A stretch of DNA of 64,000 nt. Origin: Eledone cirrhosa (lineage: Eukaryota). Below are positions 1 to 14,534 of this stretch, one piece after another. The stretch covers positions 309,442,001 through 309,506,000 of the forward strand of contig OZ024741.1 of assembly GCA_964016885.1 (NCBI GenBank), in the 5' to 3' direction. The translations under genes and the position numbers were made by a program. Position 1 is the first letter of the stretch. Every line of letters begins with the position of its first letter. Under the pieces are notes generated by a model, which saw nothing but the letters and a program-made list of their open reading frames with translations, did not search any database and had not been told where the DNA came from.

Positions 1-1865
1 GCCACTAAATCATGCCTCATGGGTAGATAGTACCGCGATGACATCTTTGGATAGCTGCTGATGACATGGGTGATATCCTCGATGTTAGTTCTGCAGAGTC
101 TGCACTTGTTATCACATCTAGGTGTTTTGCCTGCATCCCTATCTCTTTTGTGAATCAGGTTTTTCGTGCTAATCTCCTGTTCTTGGATTGCAAAAGCATA
201 CCCTTCAAAGTGGGAGCCAATATAGCGGTTGTTGGTCCAAGATAGACTACTTTCCTTATCTATATTACTCTCACTCTGGAGCTTCCTGGCAACATATCCA
301 TGCATGATTTTTTGCTGAGAGGCATACAGTTTTTCATCCATGGATTCACTGCGATACTGCTGAGCGACATCCCTGGGTGTGAGTTTTTGATTATCACACA
401 AGGAATATCTCTCAAGGAGTTCCTTCCCAACTCTCATGATCTTATCTGTTTCATGCAGATAGACTTGCTCGAGAAGCAGGCTCCTACGCTTCGAGGTTCG
501 TATATGTTGTCGGAGAGATATGATGCGACATTCAAATGTTGTCTGGACTGATGTTAGGCCTCTGCCCCCCTGCTTACGTTTCAAGTAAAGGCGGTCTATG
601 TCACTGTTGGTGTGGAAGTTTCCGGTGTTGTTCAGTATTTTTCGAGTTCCAACATCAACTGCTCGGATTTCGTCTATCGTCCAATTGAGTATTCCAAACG
701 TTGGTTTTAGGACAGGCACAGCAAACACATTGTGAGCCACTGTTTTGTTTTGCGCAGAGAGTTCCGATGACCAGATCTTTCTTAATCGGGTGTAGTATTC
801 CCTGGTTACGCGTTCTTTATTACAGATACCATTATAGGATATGTTCTCATCTATCCCCAGGTATCTGTGGCAGTCCTCATCAGATATCGGTGAAACAGTT
901 AGACCATTGATGACAATGTTGCTAGATTGGGTTGTTGTTTTTCCCCGCTTTACAGTCATGTATGAGCATTTATCTTGGCCAAACTCCATTCCTATATCCT
1001 TTGAGAACGTTGTAACCAGGTCAAGATTTTTCTTCATCCCATCCATGTTCTTGGCATAGAGTTTCAGATCGTTCACAAAGAAGTTATGGGTTAGGTTCGT
1101 ATTTCTGTCCTCCTGTGAGCCAATGATGTATCCCTCACATTTCTTGAGCAGAAAGGACAAGGGGTTTAATGACAAGATGAACAATATCACAGAGAGACTG
1201 TCCCCCTGAAATATACCCCTGCAATATTTTATTTTATCAGTGAAAATAGAGTCCTCCCTCTCTGTCTGTAACCTTAGGATAGTAGCCCAAGAAGAAGACA
1301 GCCTCTCTATGGCTCTGACAATAATGTCTGGGACTTTAGCAAGTTGGAGGGCCTCTATCATCCAAGAGTGGGGAACAGAATCGAAAGTTTTCTTGTAGTC
1401 CAGCCAGACTGTAGTCATATTCCTCCTAAGTTGTCGCACCTCCGACATCGCAGTTTTGTTGATTAGGAGTTGTTCAGCACATCCACAAACCCTTTTCTTT
1501 CCAGCTGCTTGTTCATCTGTGATGATGTTATTATTTTCACAGTGATCTTGGAGGAATAGGTTCAGGCAGGCTGTATACATCTTATACATCAGGTTCTGGC
1601 ATGCAATGGGTCGGTAGTTTTTTGCCAAGTGGGTGTCTTTGTTCTTGGGGACCAGTAACGTTTGTGCTAATGTCAACCATTCTGGTATAAGTGTATCTCC
1701 CTTAAGAACTTGTTGGTAGAGGTCAGTAAGATACCTCCGATAGAATATTAGTTTTTTGTACCAGTAGCCGACAATCATGTCTCTTCCTGGTGTTTTCTTA
1801 TCTTGGAGTTTTCCTATCACAGTCTCAAGGGTACCCTCACTTATTTCGTATGTTTGGTACCCTCG
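1..1865 (-). mobile_element. R4/Dong-clade (RLE-type) non-LTR retrotransposon, 5'-truncated; uninterrupted ~620-aa RT ORF running off the window start
   Basis: Manual translation shows no stop from ~1865 to 1: KTPGRDMIVGYWYK, NYRPIACQNLMYK, WLDYKKTFDSVPHSW, RGIFQGDSLS, HNFFVNDLKLY, RYLGI, RLYLKRKQGGRGL, zinc knuckle CRLCRTNIEDITHVISSY, RHD. Probably missing from the ORF track because it has no stop inside the window. Confidence 0.92.
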
Positions 1866-1894
1866 TATGTATGTATATTTATATGTATGTATCT

Positions 1895-3040
1895 TCTGCG
1901 CTTGGTTTTACTATTAGCATGAAGATGACTGTGGCCATGTACCAGCCAGTACCAGGAAAACCATATGTAGAACCAGGCATAAGTGTATGATCAGAAACTC
2001 CGGAGGGTTGATAGATTTGTGTATATTGGCAGTACCTTAAGTGTATCGTGCACCCTTGACAATGTAAGGTCTTCAAGAATTAGCAAAGCTGGTGGTGCCT
2101 TCGGAAAGTGGGAAAAGCAACTATGGTCCCAGCGAGGTATCTCTATTGATATTGAAGTTAATGTCTACATGACTTGTGTATTGTCATCTTTACTGTACGC
2201 TTGTGATACGTGGATTACTTACTTGAAACATCTAAAACAGCTGCGGTGCTTTCACCAAGTAGTGCTTTCGTTGAATCTTGGGTCTGCACTGGAGGATGTA
2301 TGTGACTGCTGTGGAGCTCTTTGAAAGAAGTCACTGTCAGAGTATCGAGTCAATTATTTTGCAACACTGTTTCTGATGGATGGGACACCTGATAAGATGG
2401 AGGACTGTAGGTTACCCAAACAACTCCTTTATAGTGAGCTAAGGTATGGCAAATGTCCACCTCATAAACCTAAGAAGGGGTTCAAGGACTGTGAAAACAT
2501 CTCTGATGAAAGCTGGTATCTTTGATGGATACTGGGAACAAGTTGCTAATTATTGAACTCTGTGGAGGGAAGCTGTATATGAAGGGAAAGAACACTTTGA
2601 AATGGCCTGAAGAAATTATAAAAGGTTAAAAAGGGATGTGAAGAATGGTTTGGAAGTGGAATTACTAGGAAGCATAGGAGACCAAGGAAAGCTGACATGC
2701 AATGAGTATGGGAGAACCTGCTTCAGCAAAGCTGGATTAAAGAGTTACAAAAGGAGCCATGTGAAAAAGGCTGATGCAGATTACGTTGGTGCGAATGATA
2801 TAAAAATCTACCATCAATGTGGTAAAGTTTGCCAATCAGTAGGAGGTCTGGGGCGGTACAAGATAGTACATGGCAACCAGCCATCGATTCTTGTTGCCAA
2901 AGGCTATGTCAGTAAGATCTATGCCAGAGTATGTAGGGCTCTTGCTGACCTAAAAAGTCACATCCGTACTATAAACATACAGAAGAGTTTGAAAATTCAA
3001 GCGATGGCTATACACGAGCGTGGGGTGGCTGCCATCATGT
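1895..3040 (+). mobile_element. Degenerate RTE-clade LINE 3' portion with C-terminal C2H2-like zinc-finger remnants
   Basis: FVYIGSTLS..RISKAGGAFG..VLSSLLYACDTW..LRCFHQ; later RLPKQLLYSEL; CGKVCQSVGGL..H. Several stops and frameshifts; ends in ggctgccatc followed by (TATG)n. Confidence 0.85.
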
Positions 3041-3113
3041 ATGTTTTGTATTATATGTATGTATGTATATATGCGTGTATGCATTATGTATGTATATATA
3101 TATATGTATGTAT

Positions 3114-3632
3114 GTCGGGTCACTCTTGGGTGCTACTGGTAACATGTAACCCAGTACAACCTGTCGCATGGTCGGGTCGTCGGCGACTAAACCGGCAACC
3201 CACCAAGTTTACTTGGTGAGGAGGGTGATTTTGGACACCAAGCAGGACAAAGTAGAAAACCTGACAAAAGTCGGAAGAACTCATAAGAGTCAACGGCCAT
3301 CCAAATGTGTGTAAATATGTATATACACATGTACCGCGCGGTTATACCACTGGGAGTGAAGGACTCCTAGCCTTTGTCAGGGCATTCATCTAGGAGAAGG
3401 CAACTCAGGAAACTGGACTAACTCAGTAGTTACCGATGATGTTGATCTTTTCTTCTTTTCGGGTTATAGCTACTGTCGCTCGGAGAGTGGGATTGGCTCA
3501 GTGCACACTCTTTCCTCACTTTAAAAAATATCAATGCACAGGCATTGCATGATAGAATTAATTAATAATTATTAATAATGGTATATCGTGCAATGGCCAT
3601 ACTCGATAACGAGGGGGCAGCCATCATCATCA
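3114..3632 (+). mobile_element. RTE-derived non-autonomous element (subfamily A)
   Basis: 5' end shared with the copies at 3669 and 20327; RTE-like ctaggagaagg motif; 3' end gcagccatcatc resembles the adjacent RTE LINE tail; flanked by (TATG)n. Confidence 0.7.
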
Positions 3633-3668
3633 TGTATGTATGTATGTATGTATGTATGTATGTTTTAT

Positions 3669-4189
3669 GTCAGGTCACCAGTTGGTGCTACTGGTAACAT
3701 GTATCCTAGTACAACCTGCCTCATGGTCGGGTCGTTGGCGACTAAACTGGCAACCCCACCAAGGTTTATTGGTGAGGAGGGTGACTTTGGACATGCTAAA
3801 GGACTAAAAACAAAACCTGTCAAAGGGCACCGGAGCTCTTAAGAGTCAATGGCCATCCAAAATCACCGGGGCAGATGACCCCTTAGCCTTTGTCTAAATA
3901 TCATCTTGATTAAGAGAGTGGGACTGGCTTTGTGCAGTGCCTTTGCTCACTATAAAAGCTTCACGGCACAGGCATTGCTTTATATCTGGAGATCTCTCTG
4001 CACTTGTCGTCACATGGTACCATGGGCCCAGCACTATGTGTCAATAATTGTCACAAGTGTAGTGTTTGTACCAGAGTTTTCAAGTCGCGGGCTGGACTAA
4101 AAGGTCACACTCGTTCAGCGCATCGGTAAGGATTCTCCTACATGGATATAAAGTAGTGGCCGTACTCGAAAACGAGTTGGCAGCCACCA
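3669..4189 (+). mobile_element. RTE-derived non-autonomous element (subfamily B, internally deleted)
   Basis: Near-identical to 20327-20938 except for a ~90-bp internal deletion. Confidence 0.75.
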
Positions 4190-4404
4190 TGTGAATATGT
4201 ATGTATGCGTATATGTATGTGTATGTATATATGTATGCATGTATGTATGTATGTATGTATGTATGTATGTATGTATGTATGTATGTATGTATTTGCGTAT
4301 GCTTGTATCTCTATATGCATTTGCTTAAAAACGCCCTAATACACATTTACCCGTTCGTGTATTATACGTATTAGATATATCTATATATACATATACAGTA
4401 TATA

Positions 4405-4885
4405 TATATTTGTTTTGCGAGGTTTTTTATATGAAATCGTGTGTCGAAACAAATATTGTTATACCTGGGGAGGGTCATGTTGTTGTAATAATATTGCCAG
4501 AATTAATAACAGAACACACTCACTGTTTGGTTGGTTTTCGCTTCTGTATCTTTCATATCAGTTAATTTATTCGATCCTCAATGTTTACCATTGACTGACC
4601 AACGGTGTAGACATACAATACAAGAGGAGGAAACATAATAGCACCACTGACGATGTTGCAGATGTGCAACGAAAGAACTTTGTTAGACTATATATATGTG
4701 TTTGTGTCTATATTATATCTGTATTTTTTACCGTTGGTCAGTCAATGGTAAACATTGAGGACCGAATAAATTAACTGATATAAAAGATACAGAAGCGAAA
4801 ACCAACCAAACAGAGAGTGTGTTCTGTTATTAATTCTGGCAATATTATTACAAAAATATGACCCTCCCCAGGTATAACAATATAT
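4405..4885. mobile_element. PLE-like inverted-repeat insert (family also at 15980-16125, 27050-27457, 30303-30492, 31648-31892, 43080-43625)
   Basis: 4455-4608 is inverted at 4730-4882; flanked by (TA)n; internal HHR motif. Confidence 0.7.
4641..4686 (+). ncRNA. Type I hammerhead ribozyme motif (weak stem I)
   Basis: CUGACGA-U-GUUGCA[GAUG]UGCAAC-GAAAG-AA-CUU; homologous to the better copy at 27221. Confidence 0.6.
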
Positions 4886-4977
4886 ATATACATGTATAAC
4901 GAAGGAATTGTGGTAAGGAACCAGATGGACCATAACGCACCAAAGTACTCAATACTAAGGGTAGTAGAGTGGGTAAT

Positions 4978-5110
4978 AGGAACAAGTATGACCCGACGGC
5001 AGAGCTCAAGCCGTTTCGACGGCTATTTCTGGACTAAATAAAAAAAATAAATTAAAAAAATAACCGTCGAAACGGCTTGAGCTCTGCCGTCGGGGTCATA
5101 CTTGTTCCTA
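4978..5110. mobile_element. Short inverted repeat carrying the 3' half of an HHR
   Basis: Arms 4978-5022 and 5064-5110 are reverse complements; GAAACGGC[UUGAGCUCU]GCCGUC gives a full stem III plus GUC site; the CUGANGA half is absent. Confidence 0.55.
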
Positions 5111-5611
5111 TACATGTATATATATATATATATTCTCAAAGCTCTACAGACACCAGCACTCACCCACACACACATACACAAACAAATACTCATACACACA
5201 CTCGCTCGCACACGCACACACTGACTCACATCATGTGTATATACACCTCTCTTCACTCAGATATACACGCCACTGACAGGCTAAAGCTGCGCGTATGTGT
5301 GTTTGTATGTTTGTTCTTTTTGTGTTACTGTTATTTTTTTGGGGGGGAGGGGGCTTCTGTAAACCGATTCTGTAAGTTAAACGCCTTCATTTAACTTTTA
5401 GTTCACATTTCTTCTCGTATTTTGCTTCAAAAGACTTTTTACTTATTACGATAATCACACCAATTACTATGTTAAAGACAGCGGTATTAAAATGTCTCGC
5501 ATGTGTGTGTGTGTGTGATTGTGTGTATGTATGTGTGTGCGTGTGTGTATGTGTGCGTGTGCGTGTGTAGGTATTTGTGTTTGTGTGTGTTCGTGTGTAT
5601 TTAGTAACGTG

Positions 5612-5780
5612 CGGACGCGGCACAACTGAATGGTTAAGAAGTTAAATATGCAATCATAAGGACCCGAATTCGATCCCACAGAGTGGCGTGTTGGGTAAGT
5701 GTCATTTGTCAAAGTCTTGTGTCGACTCAAGAATTGAGTGAAATTGGGTAGACGATGAAACCTCTTTAGAAGCCTGTCTG
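5612..5780 (+). mobile_element. tRNA-derived SINE
   Basis: A-box-like ggcacaactgaatgg and B-box-like gaattcgatccc. Confidence 0.55.
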
Positions 5781-5799
5781 ATGGCCTGTAACTATAATT

Positions 5800-6590
5800 C
5801 AAAGGGCCAGCCTTGTCACACACACAAAGGGCCAGCCTTGTCACACACAAAGGGCCAGCCTTGTCACACACAAAGACCCAGCCCGGTCACACGCACAAAG
5901 GACCAGCCATGTCACACACACAAAGAGCCAGCCTTGTCACACTCACAAAGGGCCAGCCTGGTCACACACACAAATGGCCAGCCGTGTCACACACAAAGAC
6001 CCAGCCTTGTCACACACAAAGACCCAGCCTTGTCACACGCACAAAGGACCAGCCATGTCACACACACAAAGGGCCAGCCTTGTCACACACAAAGAGCCAG
6101 CCTTGTCACACACACAAAGGGCCAGCCTTTTCACACACAAAGACCCAGCCTTGTCACACACAAAGGGCCAGCCTTGTCACACACACAAAGAGCCAGCCGT
6201 GTCACACACACAAAGAGCCAGCCTTGTCATACTCAAAGGGCCAGCCTTGCCACACACAAAGAGCCAGCCTTGTCACACACACAAAGGGCCAGCTTGTCAC
6301 ACACAAAGGGCCAGCCTTGTCACACACACAAAGAGCCAGCCTTGTCACACATACAAAGAGCCAGCCTTGTCACACTCAAAGGGCCAGCCTTGTCACACTC
6401 AAAGGGCTAGCCTTGTCACACACACAAAGAACCATCCTTGTCACACTCAAAGGGCCAGCCTTGTCACACACACAAAGAGCCAGCCTTGTCACACTCAAAG
6501 GGCCAGCCTTGTCACACTCAAAAGGCCAGCCTTGTCACACACAAAAAGCCAGCCTTGTCACACTCAAAGGGCCACCCTTGTCACACACGA
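5800..6590 (+). repeat. Minisatellite, 23-25-bp unit CAAAGGGCCAGCCTTGTCACACA(CA), ~33 copies
   Basis: Directly visible; explains the ORFs at 5781-6646. Confidence 0.95.
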
Positions 6591-7024
6591 ATCTCCCTGA
6601 GAATTGCGTTAAAGATATACGTATCTGTAGAATATTCAGCCATTGACATTAACAGCTATTTCATGAATTGGACATTCAGTTGGTTGAATAACTGAAGACT
6701 TATCGTCGAAGCCGACGTAGGTCCATTTGATTTATTGGTATGTATTTGGTAGGGTGTAGGTGTGTAATAGTGTATGTTTAGGAAGGTCGTGTCTGCATCA
6801 GTATTTGTATGTACATGTGTATATATTTATGTACGTGTGTGTGTTTGCAGTAATGTAGGCATGTGTACTTGTAGGTTATCGTGGTTGTTGTTTGACCTGG
6901 GCCAGCCTTCATCAAATAAACATGTCATCAAAACCGTTCCATATATGACAACCCCGTTATTTTATTTGAATTTTTTTTTTTATAAATATTTCATCTTGGA
7001 ATAAAGAACCCAAGGATTCTTTCT

Positions 7025-7070
7025 CTAACCCTTCAGCATTTAAACCGGCCGTATCCGGCCATAATTCTCT
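7025..7070 (+). mobile_element. Possible piggyBac-type MITE left end
   Basis: (c)taa-ccct-tcagcatttaaaccggccgtatccggcc resembles a TTAA-CCCT terminus; no partner end found. Confidence 0.35.
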
Positions 7071-7456
7071 CAAAACAACAACAGAAAACCGGACTGGAAA
7101 TTGTATAAATTTAATTACGCGAAAATGCTTTACATATTTCAATGGCCCAACTTCATCATTCGAATATGATGTAAGACCCAGGCGATTTCATCAGGTGTTA
7201 TTTGCAGAATTAGTTATTTAAGAGAGCTGGATTTTAGCGAACACAAACAGAGAATAGAGAATAGAAAATAGAAAATAGAAAATAGAGGACCGATTTTCAT
7301 TCGAGGGTAGCCCCCTGATTCCGTGTTATTGTAACGGCATATATATTATGTAATCGTGTGTATGTAAATCTGTATATGTATGTATAGTCTGTGGTGTCTA
7401 GATTGTGGAAACTACAAATCAGCGTAGTACTTTAAGCATGGGAAGAAACATGTGTG

Positions 7457-7499
<43 letters not shown>

Positions 7500-7501
<2 letters not shown>

Positions 7502-7577
7502 TGGATCGTCAAGTATGAAATTTGTAGAAATTTCTTTTGTTTTCTACAAATTTCTACAAATTTCATACTTGACGACC

Positions 7578-7580
<3 letters not shown>
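7500..7580. repeat. Short palindromic insert within (TA)n
   Basis: tcgtcaagtatgaaatttgtagaaa is inverted as tttctacaaatttcatacttgacga. Confidence 0.8.
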
Positions 7581-8520
<940 letters not shown>

Positions 8521-8524
8521 TATA

Positions 8525-8590
<66 letters not shown>

Positions 8591-8969
8591 TGTGCCTGTG
8601 TGTGTAGGTAATATATTTGTTCATGTGCACGTGCAAGTGTGTGTAGCGGTGACTGTGTGTGTGTGCGTGTGCATGTGTGTGTGTGTGTGGTGTCTGCCTA
8701 TGTGTATGTGTATGTGTGTCTGTATGAGTGTGTGTGTCTGTATGTCTATGTGTGTGTCTGTCTGTATGTCTGCCTGTGAGTGTGTGTGTGTCTGTGTGTA
8801 TATGTGTGTGTGTGTGTGTATGCATGTGTGTGTCTGTGTGTATGTGTGTGAGTGTGCATGTGTGTGTGTATGTGTGTATATGTGTGTCACTACGTGTGTC
8901 TGTGTGTGTATGTGTGTGTGTATGTGTGTGAGTGTGCATGTGCGTATGTATGTGTGTGTCTGTGTGTGT

Positions 8970-9008
<39 letters not shown>

Positions 9009-9029
9009 TGTGTGTGTGTATGTGTCGTT

Positions 9030-9276
9030 CTGTGTGTCTAGTTCAAACATACCCTTATTACCATGTAATTTCTGCAATTCTAGAAGTTTCTCAAGTGACG
9101 TAAGGATATTGTAAGTCAAGGCCTTTATGCAGTTCTCTTGTTTCCTTCCAAGGAATCTGTCTTATTACCAGAGAAGCAATTATTCCTGTGTAAAAGAAGA
9201 GAAAAGGAGAAAATTGCTCTATTGTCTTATGTGTAATTATATAATCTTCTTTACACTGAACTATATATCTATATGC
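9030..9276. repeat. Dispersed duplicate of 23289-23534 (apparently identical over ~240 bp); contains an exon-like segment on the - strand
   Basis: Direct sequence comparison. Confidence 0.85.
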
Positions 9277-9411
9277 CATATGTATACGTATGTGTTTTAC
9301 ATGTAAATGTTATGTGCTTCTGTGTGTCTGTCTCAAAGCTGTTAAATGTGCATCTATCACCTATTAACTTCTTTATACAAATATATGCATGTTCGCAAGA
9401 GATTTAGAAGC

Positions 9412-9471
<60 letters not shown>

Positions 9472-9820
9472 CTTACATGGGTGCTACACGAGAATGCTGA
9501 GAATGGCTCTGAACATTAATCAGTATACACTGAGGATGAAAGACTCAGAGCTGTATGGGAGCCTCTCAAAAGTGACACAGAGGAGACTGAAGTTAGCTGG
9601 ACATGCTCACCGAAATCCAGAGTTGACACTGCATTCAGTGCTCCTCTGGGAGCCCCTACATGGACACACTGGAAGAGGAAGACGAAGGTTAACGTATATT
9701 GATGCCCTAAGGACAGACACTGGTCTCTTGGAGACGCAGGACATGGCAGCGATAATGAGGGACAGAGACCGCTGGATAGAACTCGTCCATGGATCTCGGG
9801 AATTTTTACCCGCCCTTGAA
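9472..9820 (+). mobile_element. RTE-like LINE 3' fragment
   Basis: GCYTRMLRMALNI..RRLKLAGH..LLWEP..GRGRRRLTYID..MRDRDRW. Confidence 0.85.
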
Positions 9821-9922
9821 TACATACATATATACATATATACATATATACATATATATATGTGTGTGTGTGTGTCTGTGTGTGTGTGTGTGTGTCTGTG
9901 TGTGTGTGTGTGTGTCTGTCTG

Positions 9923-9955
<33 letters not shown>

Positions 9956-10417
9956 ATACCATTTAAGTTTTTATCCCCTAAGTGTAGAACTGGTAGTTCT
10001 GGTAGGCAAATCATGATGCAACGAATTAATAAAGCACTCAACGTTATGCACTCCTCCATCGTTGGTGTGGTATCCAGTGGCTGGCTCAGGAAACGGAGTA
10101 AAGTATTTAAAACAACAGAAGGCCGGACTGGCTGATATGCTGTAAATTTTAATTCCGTGAAATCACTGGCCCATCTCCATCATCCATTTATGATGCAAGA
10201 CAGGACGGTCTCATCAGGTAACTATATATATATAGCTGCTCCAAATTTATTAATTTGTCGAGCTGATTCAATTGTGACTGAAATCTCAATGCTCTTTCTA
10301 GCAGATGAAACGTCCAGTCCTATTTATATCTGCACCATGTGATTTAAAGCTCATTCAGACTCTCACCTCCCAACGGGTACAAAAGTATTTGTACAGTGTG
10401 GAACCTAACTAAAGGCA

Positions 10418-10554
10418 ATTCTTCTGATGAGTAGCTCCTTGTCTATCGTTAGTTTTTTCCGGAATCGATAATCGGTAATCGATAATCGATTACTTGGATA
10501 CCTTTTCACTTACCTAATGTTCTCTTGGAACTATGAAACTGTACTGTCAGGAGT
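10418..10554 (+). ncRNA. Type I HHR with ~105-nt stem II domain
   Basis: Stem I AUUCUU/AGGAGU; CUGAUGA; stem II base GUAGCUCC/GGAACUAU; GAAAC-UGUACU-GUC. Confidence 0.65.
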
Positions 10555-10614
10555 ATTACTTATTCCACCTTGAGTATGTATATTTTTCCTGAATATTATT
10601 TGTATTAAATATGT

Positions 10615-11402
10615 GTAGGAAAGGAACTGGTATAAATTCCATAAAATGTACGCAATGCAGATCTTAGGTACTCAAGAGATGTAGTGGGATAGCAGGCAAA
10701 CTAACAGGTAGGGAAAACTACTTATGCAGTAGATGTACAGGGAAAGTTGGCAGTAGTAATCGCAGTGATAGACACATTTTTCCAATGCAGGTGGGTTCTA
10801 TAGAAGTGGTTGATAGCTTCCGGTACCTAGGTGATCAGATTAGCATGGGGGGGGGCTCAGAGGCCATAGTATCTAGAATAAGGACGGGTTGGAAGAAGTT
10901 TAGGGAGCTGCTTCCTCTGGTGACAAAGAAGGTTTCTCCCTGCGGTCAAAGGGACGGTTATATGATGCTTCTGTGAGATGCGCGATGCTGCATGGTAGTG
11001 AGACATGGGCAGCAACTGCAGAGGATATGCGACGGCTGGAGAGAAATAAAGCAAGTAAGCTCCGTTGGATGTGCAATGTGCGTGAACGACCAAGCATAGA
11101 TGATTTGAGAAAGAGACAGGGTATAAGAGGGATAAGTTGCGGTGTGCAGAAGAGAAGGCTGAGATGGTATGGACATGTGATGCGCATGGAGGATGACCGC
11201 TGGGTAAAGAAGTGCCAAGAAATCCCAGTAGAAGGAAGACGCAGTAGAGGTAGACCACGTAAAATATGGGTGGAGGTGGTGAGAACAGACCTCAGATCGC
11301 TGAAACTCACGGAGGAGATGACGAAGGACCGAGACAAGTGAAGAGATGATGTGCTGAATAGGACCCATCCAAACCTTGCAAGCAGGGAAAAGCGGACGTA
11401 AA

Positions 11403-11434
<32 letters not shown>
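10615..11434 (+). mobile_element. RTE-clade LINE 3' fragment with (ATG)n tail
   Basis: VDSFRYLGD..RIRTGWKKFREL..MLHGSETW..RRLRWYGHVMRM..GRRSRGRPRKIW; frameshifted. Confidence 0.9.
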
Positions 11435-11435
<1 letters not shown>

Positions 11436-11472
11436 TGTACAAAATACTATGTTTCTCAGACGATATATGACC

Positions 11473-11657
<185 letters not shown>

Positions 11658-13964
11658 AATATATCTTGAATTTGAATTGTTGATTCTCTAAACTAAGGTC
11701 CATTGAGCTTATTTATGTATGATAACACGGTTATCATACATATTAAATATGTTTTGATACCTTAACATTGTATATATGTATATACAATGTTAAGGTATCA
11801 AATATATATATATATATATTATAATGAGGTTAAATCTATACATATATTATGTATATCGATTAAGTTCCTCAACAAAGGAAGCTCATGAACATATAGAACA
11901 GAGCATAATTTATAAAAATTCAAACAATACAAAATTAAGTCTCTTTCATATATCTAGTTGCGAAACAACTAGCATCATGTAGATATATATAATGATAATA
12001 ATAAATGTACTCACTCATAGAAAACATTAACTCAAAGTAGACTAAAGTTCACTTATATATATATAAATTGAAAAATAAGGTCCACCCTAATATGTATATA
12101 TATATATATATATGCAGAGGTTATATTTAATTTGTTAGGATTCAACAAGCTTAAATATTTTTATAACTGATATAAAGCACTCTACCTCATATATATACTA
12201 TACACTTTATACTATTACACCTATCGATAGATTCTAAAAAAATTTTATATGACTGCTTGAAACTCCTTTAAGAAAATTTTTCTTGAAAAACTTACGGAAG
12301 GTTTTAGGAAAAAAATTTTGAAAGCTCCTTTGAAAGATATAGAAAAACCATTATTTTCATACCTTCCAATATTTTTATATCTTCAAACGTTTTTAATATA
12401 TATATCCAAATGTTTATATATATGTCGAAAAACATATGATTTTTATATATAGGTTTTTTATATATATGTGGAATAACCTATGGTTTATTCTTTAAATATA
12501 TTCTTTAGATAAATTTTTTTTTTTTTTTTTTAACTTTACAGCAAGTAAATTTATGACTTCGTATAAAATAACATATGGTTCATGTTTTAATTATATTCTT
12601 AAGATAAAAAATGTTTAACTTTTTAACTTTATAACATTTAATCCTTTGAGTCATCTGAGATCTTAAAAAATCACTTCTATCTTCCTTTACACTTCCTTAC
12701 TGTTTTTATAATATAATTAAGTGGTTATTCCTTTCTAAACTCTCGTAAATTTTAAATAAATTTAGAATTATTTGGATGTTTAAATTTTTACTTACAACTT
12801 TTTATAAAATAAACTATAATAGATTTTTTCTAATGTAAAATACTATATATTTATTTAAATAATTTATAATCCTTAACATACACATTTAAACCAATATATT
12901 ATTACTAATACATCTTAATATAATATAATTATTAATATTAAATTATTAAATTAAATCTTTAATATTAAGGCAAATTTTAATCTTTAATTTTGATTTCTAA
13001 TTTTTAATTTTAATCTAATTTTTCAACCTATCATTATAAGTATTATAATCAAAACGTAATGAACCCTGCATTATAAATATTATTCTTCCACGTTAATCTT
13101 ATTTCTTCTTTCACTTAGATATATTTACGCTGTGTATATTTCTCCTTTTAAACTTATTTCTTCATGCACTCTATCTTCACTATCAATACATATAATCGTT
13201 CTTTCTTTCCTCTTCTATCTTTCTCCTTTCTTTTTTCTTTTTTTCTTTTTTTCTTTTTTTCTCTCTCCCTTACATATCATCCTCTTTACAACAGTTTAAT
13301 TTAAATAAACCGTTATCTTTCCAACCTTTCGGACACTCATTTGCATACTCACTCATAACTTTGTATTACCCTCAATAGGAGATTACGCAATAGTGATTGC
13401 CTAAACACGAGAAGTGAATTTTTCACACGTTGTCCACACGTCACCAAACATCTATTGCATAACTACAAGGCTCCGGATTGATTCTTTGTAATTTTATTTT
13501 TGTTTAATTTTATTTTATCTTGTTCCAATTGACAACAAACCAATTTATGCAAAATTTTAGCTTAAGTGGACAACTGAAAGGCGACCCTCATCAGACGTGA
13601 AATTTTGAAGTTTTTACTCGGAAAGTCATTTTTCAGATAAAATTTTTTATCTCTTATATAATTTTCTCTTAAATTAAAAACTTGTTCAGATTTATTCTTG
13701 GTATTAGAAGGATAAGTGACAATAAATATAATGGTGAAGGCAACTTGCAAAGCTGGGGACAGAATGCAGGTATAGGGCAAACAGCTATTTTTCGCTGTGA
13801 GAGTAGCAAAATTTTAACTTTCGGAAAATTACCTATTGATATATATATCCGTATGTAGTTGACAGCGGAGAGAAATGAGTACTCGGTTTTGAGTAATTTA
13901 TATATATATATATACATATATATATAAATTTTTAAAAATTATCGCTCTACATGGCTGAATACAA

Positions 13965-14357
13965 TAAATGTAATCTGAGTTTTTCGAATATTAATAATAA
14001 TATTCGATTCGTTTGCGATTATGCAAGCAGCCTCTTTTTTAAAGCCATGTCAGTAGAATGAGCCCCTCATTCTTGCTCTTGTGTTGGCATGTAAACAGAA
14101 CTGCAGACACTAATGTTTCTGGGTATTACCCTTCATCAGTGCAGTTCACTGTTCACCCGCCAACTGTCACAGCTAGTGAAAATATATGCTATTTTCTAAA
14201 ATATACAGTGACTGATCGGCCTGATTTACATGCCAACACAAGATCAAGAATGAGGAGCTCATTCTACTGACATGGCTTTAAAAAAAGAGGCTGTTTGCAT
14301 AATCGCAAACGAATCGAATATTATTATTAATATTCGAAAAACTCAAATTACATTTAT
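13965..14357. mobile_element. Inverted-repeat element (MITE or PLE-derived) within (TA)n
   Basis: ~130-bp arms at 13965-14096 and 14225-14357 are near-perfect reverse complements. Confidence 0.75.
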
Positions 14358-14450
<93 letters not shown>

Positions 14451-14534
14451 CTCCTTACTGTCCTTGCTTTCGTATTTCTCCTTGCTCCTCTTTTCTCTTT
14501 TGTATTTGTATATAAACAAGTACCTAGATACATG

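Noticed and set aside
300-1059. Plus-strand ORFs
   Set aside because: Antisense shadows of the minus-strand RT ORF.
5781-6646. Overlapping 200-277-aa repetitive ORFs
   Set aside because: Translations of the 23-25-bp minisatellite.
13585-13600. CUGAUGA on the - strand
   Set aside because: No downstream GAAA/NUH in register.
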